Shown piece by piece: positions 13,101 through 25,628 of a DNA stretch of 36,379 nt; the stretch's first letter is position 1, and each line of letters opens with the position of its first letter. The stretch comes from Rotaria socialis (taxonomy: Eukaryota). The stretch is taken from the NCBI GenBank assembly GCA_905331295.1, contig CAJNYD010000011.1, positions 305,114 to 341,492 on the forward strand, in the 5' to 3' direction. The notes under the pieces were generated by a model. It was given only the letters and a program-made list of their open reading frames with translations, was not told where the DNA came from and ran no database searches. The translations under genes and the position numbers were made by a program.

Positions 13101-13892
13101 TGCAAGCACTAATGCAGCCAATGTTATCTATTCAAACTTTACTTTGATCTTCTGCACACAATTTACATGGACACTTGCAAGTCGTTGTTTCCACAAGGTT
13201 TATTTTCTTCCAATTAAATTTTTCAATTTACTTTTTCCTAGGGTGAAAGTTATTACATTTTATTTGGCAAGTAAGTTTATTTCCCAACATGCACGGTAAA
13301 TTATTTAACGATTCATACAGTGGTGTCGTAACGGGTACTGAATGAGTGTGGTCCACAATCAGAACCAATCACTGATTCAAACTTTTGGACATACAATATT
13401 TTCAATTCAGTTGCTTATGGTAATTTAACTGGACAGACAACAGCAAGCACAACAATAGTATCTATTCCTACTGTATCAACATTGGGTGCATCAACAACAG
13501 CAGCTAACGCAAATATCACTACAACTGGAATAACTGTTCCGAGCTCGAGTACACTTTATACGGGTAAGCTTTTTTTTACTGCGAACAATATGCAATTATT
13601 AGTTCAATATATTTAGGTATTGGTACAAGTTCAACAATAAGAACAACAACAACTAGCACCATCTCAACATGTAAGCACATATAGTTACTGATTTGTCCTT
13701 TTCCGTTTTATTCATATAGTAACATCTACTTATCCATCGGTTCAGATAGTCAACCCGAGTGGTATTATTCAACGATGTAAATAGCCCGTGGTTGCTGATA
13801 CATTGTTGTCTACAGCTGTTGTAGGAGCTATATCATTAGTTATTTATGGTATTGTTATTTCTAAAATGGCAGCATCAATGTCAAAAAAATAA
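10170..13892 (+). pseudogene. Unprocessed pseudogene of a Cys-rich cell-surface protein (SHYRGG..TWKP N-terminus, DxDGDxVxCRWA motif, S/T stalk, C-terminal TM)
   Basis: Exon relics in order: MQ*LYYVLYICVAAIAIGASHYRGGFFTWKP|GTAAG; QRHAWRRSSYFCDQ..PCTDFS..FTGGA*VAL; DTDGDTVKCRWA..CVGIC; GFWAVSLMMEDY; SPVGTVLTNQSS*; CGPQSEPITDSNFWTYNI; Thr-rich stalk; TAVVGAISLVIYGIVISK..KK*. In-frame TGA at 10176, 10937 and 13001; frameshifts near 10770 and 13345. Confidence 0.8.
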
Positions 13893-14632
13893 GGCATTCC
13901 ATATCGAGACAAACATTTCTACTGACGACATTTGTGTAAAGCAGCTTTTCTTTTATAATGAAGAATTGTATACTTCATAAATAAAGACTTTTCTCTGAGG
14001 ATTTATAAGTTTTTATCTCTATAACAATATTATCTATATCCCAAGATCATGTTGTTCGTCTTGGGTAATCATCTGACAAAACACAGTTTTGCCACAGTCT
14101 TTTCAGTTCATTATCTGTACCATCATTGGTGCATCTATTTAAATGATGTTCTTATTTTTAATTACAACATGAGTTTGCCCTTTGTTAGTACAGGAACGAG
14201 AAAAAACGATTCCTCTTTTTTTGATCTTCGACACTCCCACAATACGACAAATACTGGCAAAAGAGAAAGAAAAATATACGATAAAAAAATGCGACAATAA
14301 TAAAAACTAGGTCACATTACAATACACAATAGAATATTATATTAATATTGTTAATACTAAATCTCACTGCTTATGTTCCACACATACATAAACATAGAGA
14401 CACAGCAAATAAAACACAACAAAATAGAACACTCCGAGATTCAGCAAACAGAATATTGAGAAGAAAATCCATTGGCGAATATCAGTACGAAGTATATGCG
14501 TGTATATATTGAGGAATTAAAAAAAAACAGCAATGTTTGTGTGTGCTTGTGAGTGCATTGAGCATATATTGTTCTTTGGGTATTAAAAAAAGCAGAGGAA
14601 AAAAACGCATATTCGTTTAGGTTTGTTTTTCT

Positions 14633-17086
14633 TTATACGGCCACTGTCATCTTCTTTTGAATATCGTCGATTAATGAATCTCCAACACACTAAAACACAA
14701 TAAATCGTAAAATAAATGAAACAATAAAAAAATAAGCTTCTATAAAAAGCGATGACAACATTATATGTTGACATAAAGCGATACAACAATTACAATACTA
14801 ATCGAACAGACAATATAAAATATTACCCTTGATAATTTATATCTTGATATTACTCGGCAAACTTATGTTGAGCTCATAAGTAGGGATAAACTAGAAGAAG
14901 GATATACAACACGAAAGTCAATATATATACAACAGTATGTAAAAGAATTATTCGGACGCCCTACTTATACAAATTTTGTTGAGTGAATTTCTGAGTGAAG
15001 GAAATATATTTTTTAAATTCTGATTACATCATTCGATAGATCATCATCTCTACTGTCTATTGCATAGAAAATAATTTTTCCATAATGTAGTTTTTATAAA
15101 ATTTTAGAAGGTTTTCCCAGAAGCACTCGATTTCTCAAATAAAAAATTATTCGAACACTTGTATTTTTTTTCTTTATCACAGCTCTGTTTTGCATCGAGA
15201 CATTTTGAATTACATAGCATCTGATAGAGAAAACATTTCTCTACACACTGGTATGTGTATAAAAATTGAAAAACAAATGTTAAGATCATGCCGAAAAGTT
15301 CTCGATGTCTGAAGCATCATAGATTTTACAGAAAGTCATCGTCTTTTGGCTTCCCAAAAATGAAAACCCAACTCAAAATATATCATCTGAGAGAGAAAAA
15401 ACCGCTGATCCCAAATATGTCTTTTGCGTTTTAAAATTCTGAAATATTATGTGTAATAGTTTATAATTCAAATTAATATTCAATACACTTCATCTATATT
15501 CTCAATTTTTAGACAACTAAGTTGAAGTACAAAAGTATTTAAACGATTCAAGCTTGTAGAGAATTCAATTCTCTAGCTGTGATAAAGAAAAAAATACAAG
15601 TGTTCGAATAATTTTTTATTTGAGAAATCGAGTGCTTCTGGGAAAACCTTCTAAAATTTTATAAAAACTACATAATGGAAAAATTATTTTCTATGCAATA
15701 GACAGTAGAGATGATGACCTATCGAATGATGTAATCAGAGTTTAAAAAATATATTTCCTTCACTCAGAAATTCACTCAACAAAATTCGTTTAGTATGGTA
15801 CCCGAATAATTCTTTTACATACTGTTGTATATATATATATACACACATATATTAACCAAGAGAAACAGTAAAGACAACTCCAATAAGAAGAAGAGCAATG
15901 AGAATATAAAAAAGTTTAAATAATCAAAAATTATTCTACTTACGGCACAGAATTCATCAAAACTTATTTTTCCGTCTCCATCTTTATCTGCATTTATGAT
16001 CGTCTATTCGATTAAAATGCAAAGTAAAAAAGGTTTTTTCTTTTAAAATAAAAATTTGTTTTTTCTTTTTATTTACTTTATCAACAATTTGTTGTAATTG
16101 AGAATCTTTTAAATTAGATCCGACCATCATTTTTAGCACTTGAAATAATTCGCCTAGAAACAAAATAATAATAGTTTTTCCTTGTAACTGTTTCATAGAC
16201 TCGAGGGACAAACAGATTTGCATAGAGCATTAAATTAATTCATATTTATTTTACGAATCGATAACAAGAAAACCTAATATAAAAATAATTTCGATAGGCA
16301 ACGACTGATAAAACAATTTCCTTCTCTATCGAATCGCAAAAAAAAGATCTACTGGTGTCTAGTGTCAACAAGAAAACAAACTTTTTTTCATTGTCGATCA
16401 ACATGATGCACTTACAGAATTATCCTTCGATATCCGATCTATGTCATATTTGTTTCTATCATCACTTACAATATTTATCTGAAAATCTCAAGATTTGTTA
16501 GTAGAAAAACAAACGTTCGATACTATAATAATCAAAACTTAATTACCATTGGAAATAAATCCATCTTTGTCCATATCATAAATTTTAAAAGCAACTAAAA
16601 TAACAACGACTATTAATTATGCTCTTATTAACATGGATAAGACATACATTTAAGTTTTGATTCTTTATCGCCTTTTACACTAAATTGGGAAATACCGCCA
16701 ATAAATTCTAAAATAAAAGTCAGAACTTATTTTATTATCAAAATTCATTGCTTCTAATTCTACCTTTAAAATCAATTTCACCATTGCCGTCAGTATCAAA
16801 AATATCAATAACACGTTGAACAAGTGGATTTTGTTGGAGTTCAGGTATAGACATAAATTCTTGTACACTCAATGAACCACTGCCATCGATATCTAGTTTT
16901 TTAAAACGTTTACCTAACCGGCGGATTTCATCGGCATCAACTACAAAAGCAATTCATAAAAATAAACAAACAAATAAAAAGAAGAACTGTTTTACATGTT
17001 GCACAAAGCTCAACGGGTATTGACGTCATATTCCCCTAAGAAAATAAACATGTATTTTAAATATAAACTAACTAAAATCATACCAT
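14633..17086 (-). CDS. PPP3R1: Calcineurin subunit B (protein phosphatase 2B regulatory subunit), 173 aa, 8 exons
   Basis: Exons 17086-17084, 17035-16996, 16940-16764, 16707-16648, 16594-16547, 16153-16077, 16003-15944, 14689-14633 total 522 nt. Translation: [75 protein letters not shown]...[69 protein letters not shown]. Four EF-hands and a Gly2 myristoylation site. Confidence 0.97.
14930..15827. mobile_element. Non-autonomous DNA transposon (MITE, ~900 bp) with ~255-bp TIRs, inserted at TA in the last calcineurin B intron
   Basis: 14930-15184 is the near-exact reverse complement of 15575-15827. Termini are CAACAGTATGTAAAAGAATTATTCGG ... CCGAATAATTCTTTTACATACTGTTG, flanked by TA runs on both sides. 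No transposase ORF. Tc1/mariner affinity is inferred from the TA target only. Confidence 0.92.
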
Positions 17087-17630
17087 GATGATGTTTCAGC
17101 TAAATCTAATATCAGTTAAATGTAGTAATCCAACAATGTTTTTCAAGAAAGAATAATCCACAAATACTCCACCATTTTAGTTATTATTGTCAATGGCCTC
17201 GATTGTGATGATTCATAAGCCTTATTCGACGAGAAGAGGTCGCTATATGAATATTCATCTTGAATATTCTTGAGTGGAGAAAAAGGACATTGGCATATGG
17301 AAATTTCTTTTTCGTCGTATATCGTAAATGAATGACGTAATTTCTGTGAGTAATCATTTTTTTTAAATAAAAGCAACAACAAGTTTCACATTTCTATCAT
17401 TACTGTCGTTGAAGTTGGTTTAAGGCGTCGACGTTCCGTGCGTTTTTCTTTTAGACAATTTATTTTGTAAATTGATTAGAATATGCACACTCTATATCAC
17501 GCATCTATCATTCATCGATATATTTGCAAAGTCCATAGTGCATCTACCTGTACATAGGTATATAATTAGAGGTTTTCTTTTCAGATAAAATTTTTTTTTT
17601 GCTTTTCACACATCGATACATTCAACAATC
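17087..17630. promoter_or_regulatory. Putative bidirectional promoter and 5' UTRs between calcineurin B and the TAX1BP1-like gene
   Basis: Divergent ATGs at 17086 (-) and 17631 (+) with 544 bp between them. A small CpG-rich patch GGCGTCGACGTTCCGTGCG lies at about 17424-17442. Confidence 0.55.
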
Positions 17631-20312
17631 ATGAGTGACATAAACGATCATTTGTCCGACACCAGTTCAGATTTAAATTGGCCACTTGATCATTCCTTCG
17701 AACGACAACCCGATGATCGAGTTGTTTTCGAAAATGTTGCTGATCAATATGTAAAAGGCGCAGATGTTACCGCATTTTTCACCATTTTACATGACATAAA
17801 GGTCAACTCAGAAGAAGACCAAATTGGGTTATTACGCGTAAGAATTACTCATTTGTATCGTATGAATAATAGTGTTTTTGTTTTTCTAGGTTGGTTACAC
17901 AAATATTAAAGAGTGTGTAGCATATGCTCCTGTACAATTCACTCCATCTGCATCATCAGGAGCGACTTGTCATGGTATAGCAGCATTTCCATCAGCATCA
18001 TTACCTGTAACCGATGATGAATTCTATCAGTTTTGTTATATTTTAAATAAAACAAAAAATCTTGGTTCATCGATACCATTCCAATTGAATTGTGCACCCG
18101 ATGATATTGATCTTTTATCAAATGCACCAGTACGAAAAACCAAACCTGATAGTTTTATTGCATTATCCGATCATGAAAATGATGATTTTCTTGTTATACA
18201 TACGAAACAGATGTTAACAGAAGAAAAATTACGTCAAGAAAATCGACAACTATTAGAAATAAATCGTCGATTTGAATCCCAAAATGATGAATATAAAGCA
18301 AAATTAGAATCAATAGAAGCTAAAGCTAAAGAACAATGTGAAAAAATTTCCAACGAAATGCAAGTATGTCATGCAAAAAATGTGATTAATACTATTAGTC
18401 ATTGATAAATCTCTTCCGATAAGAATGATTATCATCGTTGTTTAGAGAAAGAATAAGATAATATTCACGTGATTGAAACATTCGCTGTAAAGATAACTGG
18501 TTTTCCACACATCATATTTACTTAACTTCAAGCTCTGCGCATCAAAAACGCAGTAGGAATTTTTATATGACGTTTTACAAGAAGTAAAACATTTTTCCTT
18601 TTTTGATGTTTCCTTTATATTCGAGTTGAGTGGATACATTAGAATCCCATTAGAGATACAAAAAAAACACGATCAGAATCTACAGAGCTATAGGCATTTT
18701 TCGGTTCTGGCATAGTAAATACCAACGAGTTAGGTGACGTCATTTTCATTTGAGATTTTGCCCATGCGTAGGCTTGTATTTCAATGTGAAGCCTTGCAAT
18801 TTTCAAGTTAATCCAATATTTTTCTTGCGAACTATTCAAGTGCAAAAACATATTTTTGCTGTATTCATATATTAGAAAGAAAATACCTATCGATGTATCA
18901 AATACCTTCAAGTTAATTATTTGTATAATTCAATTAAATTACAAACTTCTGTTTTAGGAATTGACTGCATCACATAAAGTAGCCATCGATACATTATCAT
19001 CTCGAGAACAACTCGAATCTAAACTACGCGCTGAATATGATAAATGCCGTTCACTATGTAATCAATATCAAACTGAATCTTTACAACATGCAGAACGTTG
19101 TTGTACAGTGGAAGATTCTCTTGCTAGAGTATCAAATGAAGCAAATCAAATTCGTTCACAATTAGCCATTACATCTCAATTAGCTAAAGATCAAGCAACA
19201 CAAATTGTTGATTTACAACGTCGTTTGATGCAAGCTGATGAGTTATCGAAATCGGCAAATCAACGTCAAGCATTACTTGAACAACAATTACGTGATTTAC
19301 GTTTAACATCAGAAAAAAATCAAACACAATTAGATGCATATGCAAAACAAATTACTGAAAAAGATGAACAAATCATTGATTTACAGACAAATAATAATCT
19401 ATTACAAGAAAAATCAAGTTCGTTAAAAGCTGATTATGAATCTTCAGTCATAGCAGGTAAAAGAAACGAAGAATTGCAACGACAAATCGATCAATTAAGT
19501 GAAGAACATCGCATCGAGAATGAATCAGTAAGAAAACAGTAAATCAATGATTCGATTTGATTTTTATATATTTTCTATTTAGGCACAAAAAGAAATTGAA
19601 TCACTGAAAATTCAGTTAAACGACATGAACTCTTGTCAACAAGCGTATATGGCATTAAAAGTTTCATTTTCTGAAATTGAAAAACGTTGTGTTAAACATC
19701 AAAAAAGTGAAATTGAAGCTAAACGACAGTTGGGATTCAATGTCAAGTCGATTGTAAGTTATCTCCTTATTTAAGAATAAGTTTCAAGTTGGTTTTGTCT
19801 CATCATATGGCATTTCAGTATTTCAAACAAACAGTTTAAATTCAATGGGATTTTTTTTGTTAATACACTTTGAACGAACTAACTTTTGAAGATATTTTTT
19901 ACAATAAAACAATTCATTTTTTTTCTATTTTTAGAATGATTTACAACATACAGTTGTAGATTTAACGAACCGATTATCAACTGCAGCTGATGAATATAAA
20001 AAATTATACCTCAAAGGCGTTGCGCCCGAACGAAATGCACAACACGAACAAACGAATCCAACAACTTTAGTAAATGAATCTCCTCTCAATAATGATACAA
20101 TTGAAGACATGCTCCGTAGTTTAAACGTACTTGAGCCAGCGAAAAATGAAGAGCGACATGAACTAGAAAACGACATTACATCATTACCAGCATCCCTAAC
20201 AGATGATAATGTTGAAATAGACAGCTGTCCAATGTGCTATTGGGAGTTTCCTAAACGTATGACACTCGATGAGAAGAAAGATCACATCGAACAGCATTTT
20301 ACCAGCAGTTGA
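17631..20312 (+). CDS. TAX1BP1: TAX1BP1/CALCOCO (NDP52) family selective autophagy receptor: SKICH, LIR, coiled coil, UBZ zinc finger (599 aa)
   Basis: Phase-0 exons 17631-17837, 17890-18363, 18958-19527, 19583-19753, 19935-20312 total 1800 nt. SKICH-like VVFENVADQY...DQIGLLRVGY...AFPSASLPVTDDEFYQFCY...GSSIPFQ, then DDFLVI, a long coiled coil with AADEYKKLY, and terminal CPMCYWEFP..DHIEQHF. The symbol denotes the family (CALCOCO1/2/TAX1BP1). Confidence 0.88.
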
Positions 20313-20578
20313 TTACAAATCTTAAACTTTGTATATTGAACAAACCGTTACTTTCTTTATAGATATATGGATTTGCGATTGATTTTTTTTTCATTTTCTT
20401 TCTTTCTTTTTTTTAATGAAAACCAGACTTTCTTGCTCTTTATTTTCTCTATTAATACAACTTACTGTCATTTGTATTCACCTACTATGATTGCAGCAAG
20501 TTCTATAATATAACTTTAGAAAAACTCACACGAATATTTATGAATTATTTTATTTAACATAAAAGCATCATATTAAAT

Positions 20579-21545
20579 CTATTTATTAAGTGTACTTTCC
20601 TCCAATGATAGATTCATTATTTCTATGGCATCGTGTAATGTTAGTCCTTGTTTTCTGTCTTCAATTGTTTCGTTTCCTAACGGTGTTTCTTCAGCAATAA
20701 ATCGATATGTTTCAGTGGCTCCTTGAAATATTTTAGAAGATAAACCAACACTTTCGAACATTTTTGAAATTTCTTCCATTTCACCAGCCCATCTTGCTGC
20801 TTTTGGTGGTGTATGTGGAATGAATTTACTTAATTTATCAAATATATCTGGCATGGTTTGTTTTAAATGATCGAAAAGTATTTCGTCTAGTCCAAAGGAT
20901 TTTGCTGCAATAAAAGCTTGAATACCAATCGCAGTTAAACCTTTTAATAACGATCCTTCACACATTTTTAATTTACTGGCTTGGCCGATTTCACTTCCGA
21001 TGACACGAACCTTCATTAAATTTGTGTATTGAAATAAATCAGCTATTTTCTGTGCATGTTCACCTGATAGATATAATGTACAACTGTATCCCGGAGTACC
21101 TGGTGGTAGACCAATAATGGATCCATCAACAAAATTTCCATGTGGCAAAAGTTCATCTATAGAGCATAGCGTTTGGGGTGCTATTGCATTCATATCAACG
21201 TAGATAGCATGCTTGTGCTTGTGTAGATAAGGTGCGAAACGTTGTGCAAGGGATTTTGCCTGCGATGAAGCAACAATAGAAAAAACATAATCAGCTTGCT
21301 GAATCATTTCTTCGTCGGTTTTAACATCAATAATACCAGCTGAATTGGATAATTTTTGTGTACGTTCGCTACGTTCTGTTAAATTTGTAATTATACGAAA
21401 TTTATTTTCAATTGATGAAAGAAGAGCTCGGCCGATTGCATGACCCTTTAGAATAACAAAATAGATTGAATATCTATTTCAGTATGAATATGATTTTTAC
21501 CATATCTCCAGGACTCATTATAGCAATTGTAGTTTTTTCGGCCAT
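20579..21545 (-). CDS. NAD(P)-dependent oxidoreductase, 6-phosphogluconate/3-hydroxyisobutyrate dehydrogenase-like with DUF1932-type C-terminus (303 aa)
   Basis: Exons 21545-21501 and 21445-20579, with a 55-bp GT-AG intron. MAEKTTIAIMSPGDM|GHAIG is the Rossmann loop. Other motifs: YVDMNAIAP, FVDGSIIGLPP, IGQASKLKMC..LKG, PKAARWAGEMEEI. Confidence 0.88.
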
Positions 21546-22052
21546 TTTGAATTGGTATACTGTTGATAGAGAATAGATTATTTGCCAGTTTTGTTGTTCG
21601 TATGTGCACAAATAAACCTTATCAAGTATCACGAGGAAAGATTATTTTTTACTTTTGACTATTGCTATTGGATGTTGTCGACACTTTTATTAAAATCTAT
21701 AATATTTTTAGTTAATTGTAGCTAGTCATCAATGAAAAATTTGAGTGTCTATAAAATGATTAAATGCGAAGAGAAATTATTATAGTTATTTCATTTGATG
21801 TGTAAATTTTTGAGTATTAGTACATTGCCTTGAAGCCGATTCCTACTGTGCGAATGTTAATATTTGATTGGCTGCTGTTTTATTTGAGAAAAAAATCATG
21901 GAATTATTATTTTAGAACACTGATTTTTAAATTTATTCAAACGAAAATAGGAAACTTCTGCAAATTCAAGTTTTGTTCTATGATGCAGATTTAATTGAAG
22001 ACTGTTCGATTAGGTTTATTCATTATAATGGAAATATGAACTATATAGATGC

Positions 22053-22305
22053 CATGGTTCCCGATTACTTTTCGAAGTGAGGGGGGCTAAATTTTGGCAG
22101 AAAGTATTTTTTCTGGCAGCCAGTATATGTCAAAAAGAACATCCTTGATTTATAATATCATCATCTAGCATAGATGATCCAAGTTCATTTTTATTAAAAA
22201 TAAGTAAAAACAACATATTGATAAAAGGAAATATTTCAAAAAGCTTTTCAAAACTCATCATCTTTNCCCCCCCCCCCCCCCGCGCCCCTCTAATCGGAGT
22301 CCCGG
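22053..22305. mobile_element. Possible degenerate MITE with internal G-run/C-run
   Basis: Weak inverted ends CATGGTTCCCGATTA / TAATCGGAGTCCCGG, with GGGGGGGCTAAA facing TTTNCCCCCC. There is an N at 22266 and no visible TSD. Confidence 0.35.
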
Positions 22306-23975
22306 ATTGATTCTATTTAAGTTTTTCTTGAAAAAGAAATCAATCGAAAGGACAAATCTCGATTTATGAAACCAAAACCACCTTAATGAGAAACCCGGGT
22401 CGATCGCTCCGATCACCGGATGCTGTGGGAACCGACTGAAAACGGAAAGATAGAAAAATCACCGTATCCAACTATACCGCCACGATCTGAGAACGAGTTC
22501 TTCTGTTTTCAAAATATATTGAGTACCACGTTATTGAAGCCACGTTTTCTATTTTTGCTTTTTGCGAATATAAAACATGGTGTCATCATCAATCAGCTGG
22601 AAAACATAAGTTATCACTGCATTGTTTTAATAGAGTTATGTGAGTTTGATGCAAAATATGGACTACTTGAGAAAGAATCTATATTTTAGAAAGAGTAATT
22701 GTATGAGTGTGATTTTCATGCTGATAAGTGTTTCTGTCAGTGATAGTTTGAATGTTCAGTGTGAAGGTACGATTTAAGTATATATGCCACCAGTATCTCG
22801 AATTATTAGGATTCATAAAAGCTTAGTTTGAGAATTAAAGTAGTTTCAAATGAAATCAACAGTCATCGACATAATATCAAGCAACAAGCTTAGTTTCACA
22901 AAGAAAACGAGCCGTTGTTGGTAAGCTTCAAAGAAGCAGTATTCCATTTTCAACGTTGTATTGCTTGATTGGATACTTCAAACTCTCAATTTTAATCTTT
23001 TGATAGAAGATTGAATTCGATTTCGAATTGTTATACTTACATTTTCGAGTACTTATTCTCATTTTAATTAGATTTATTTGAAAACTAATCATAGTATATA
23101 GATGATGAGTTTTCGAATAAACATACTGACTAGTCTCGCGCACTTGGCACTAGTACACTTTGTCCCACGATCACTTTGCCGCAATGAGAATTCGTTGGGG
23201 TAAGATAGCTGTATGTAAAGAAGAGAGTACATTAATTGAGTTAAGTCATTTAGTTGAATATGTTACTGATTCATCACGTTTATAAATGCATTCCTTTACA
23301 ATAATAACGCTCTTTTTTTTATTAACGCAAGTTGTTTTTTCGAAAAATGGCAGCAGTGTAAAGTTACAATTTATTCTTTTTTTTAAATTTTAATTACCCA
23401 AAAATTTAAGTTAAATTTATAATAAATTTGATTTTTTTTGTATAAAAATGTAATCGAAATATAGCTTTGCATGTAAAAAATATAAGTTTTTTAAATTTAA
23501 ATTTTAGAAAAATTATTCTTCGTTTTAATAATTTTTTTATATAAAAATGTATCACCTCTCAAAAGTGATATCAAAAGAATACTATAGACTTATAGAATTT
23601 ATTGGGATTATTTATTTTTAATGTTCACAGTATCGAAAATCTAAAAATCCATTTCAAAAATTTCAAAAATCACTTCATCCAATAATCTAGCAATTTTGTG
23701 AATCACAGAAAATTATCCTAGAAATTACTGAACGAATTATGCAGCTAAAGAAAGAGCACATTTTGCTTTCATTTTTTCTTGACTTTTCTTAGCTCAAGAT
23801 TTCAATCAGAAATCGTCTCCTTACAAAATTTGAGTTGGATTTCATTTAATAGGAGACTTTTTGCAATGTAACAGTAAAATTTTACAGAACAAAATCTATT
23901 TTTCTACAAAAACAGATCTATTATCCATCATATCGATCTAATTATTATTCAATAGCAGTTTACATTTACGACGAG

Positions 23976-25222
23976 TGTCCAAGAACAGGATTGGGAATTC
24001 GTCCGATGCCTCCGAACACTAGCAATAAACAGAAAGGCACTAGAGGAATTGGCGATTGCCTCACAGACACGAAAGGAATTCCTCTCAATACCAAGACATC
24101 TCCCTAACAAACAGCACACCATACGATACCTTCTCCGTAAGATACAACACAAAATACCCAGACAATCACTCAATTCCATCGGCAGGCATTGGCTATCATC
24201 GATCTAACAGTCTAACTTCTCAGGTAAAAGCTACAAGCCGATGTCAGTCCCTCCAAAATGAATTTATGTGAACCAACCCGACAATCATGAAAAATACAAG
24301 GAAATGACTACCAACCGTATATACAACAAAACCTATTCAAGAATAACCTTCGATTCCTACCGGAAACCTCACAATGACAATACCATGATTCTAACGAAGT
24401 TACTTGATAGGAACTCATCCCACATTTCCTTCGGGTAACCGGGGAAATGTTGTGTCTCTCAACACTGTTCTAATTGATCCCGGGTTCAGGAAAGTGGTGG
24501 GGAACCGAGAAGTTATGATATTTCTGCTGACAGTACCCATGGATTGACACTACTACCGTCAGGGGTTAACCACCAGTTCCTTCGAGGAACCGGGGAATCG
24601 ATAATTCTCGCATACACATCCCCAGTTACTCGAAGGAAATATGGGTTGATCCCTTGGCGGTAATCAGGACAGTCCCTGGGTACTATCAACAGATTTATCA
24701 TAATTCCTCGGTTCCCCGGGGCCTTCTGTTATCGAAAAAGATGGCCAAAGTGTATTCGATAAGCGTCAGCTTCACAGTTACTGAATGGATATAGGCTGTT
24801 TCCCTTCAAGGTAAATTGGTCATTTGGTAGGTACTGTCTATGGAACTATTATGGTTCAATTGTTTCTGTTTTAGGTGTAGATTGCTTCATAGGAACCAGC
24901 TACATGTGGTGTGGAATTGAGTTCTCTTTTGTCAGTTCCTTTCGTTGGTAGAGAGGATCAGTTCTGGATGTTTCTTGAGTTCCCAGTATAGTAATGATCA
25001 TCTCAGCTATCATAAGGATGTGTGGGATGAATGTGAAGGATGTTTTGGTTTGGAATTGTTACGGTTTTCAAATTTGGGTGAATAATTTCAAGAAATGGAT
25101 AGGGAAATGAATGAGGATATGTGGTGGTTTCGTTGATCAGTTCTCGTTTCCTCGAGGATATTATTTCTTTTGGTTGGCATTTGTAGGTATCGGAAGAATT
25201 CCTAAACTTCAGCCCTTGGACA
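23976..25222. mobile_element. Diverged foldback/palindromic element (~1.25 kb) with central ~100-bp-arm hairpin
   Basis: Left terminus TGTCCAAGAACAGGATTGGGAATTCGTCCGATGCCT versus reverse complement of the right end TGTCCAAGGGCTGAAGTTTAGGAATTCTTCCGATACCT. Central inverted arms at 24499-24598 and 24617-24717. The left half is C/A-rich and the right half G/T-rich. Confidence 0.7.
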
Positions 25223-25282
25223 TGGCTGACTATTTTAGCGCAACGAATTGTCTTGCGACAAACTGTCGTGCGTCAAATTGAA

Positions 25283-25628
25283 CCCAGAACGAACAATCCG
25301 ATAGCCGGATCTAACCGGATTCGATCGGTTTCTGCAGGATTCTAAGCATATCCGGGTTGCGGACCCACTCATGGATCCCTAGTGTTGGAATCCGGTCGAT
25401 TTTTGCAGGAACCAGTCAAAACCCGATAGGTTTCTTTAGGAACCTCGTTTTAAATTCAACTCCTGAAATTCCTATCGAATTCGGTTGTTAGATTTGGTCG
25501 GATGTTCACCGGATTCCAACACTAGGGCTCCATTAGCCGTTCTTCAACCCAGAATCCCATTGAACTTTGTCGGCTCGTCAGATTTTATAAAATCCGATCG
25601 GATTAGGTATCGGATTCATTCACCTGGG
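25283..25628. mobile_element. MITE with CCCAG...CTGGG termini and 2-bp (AA) flanking duplication
   Basis: AA|CCCAGAACGAACAATCCGATA ... TATCGGATTCATTCACCTGGG|AA. Internal inverted pair CCCTAGTGTTGGAATCCGGT (~25377-25396) and ACCGGATTCCAACACTAGGG (~25508-25527). Many TCCGAT/ATCGGA subrepeats. Confidence 0.8.

Noticed and set aside
22266..22281. Poly-C tract as a G-quadruplex or regulatory site
   Set aside because: It adjoins an N, so its length is unreliable, and it probably belongs to a repeat.
23949..24701. Short ORFs inside the foldback element
   Set aside because: No transposase or other motifs; explained by the higher GC content.
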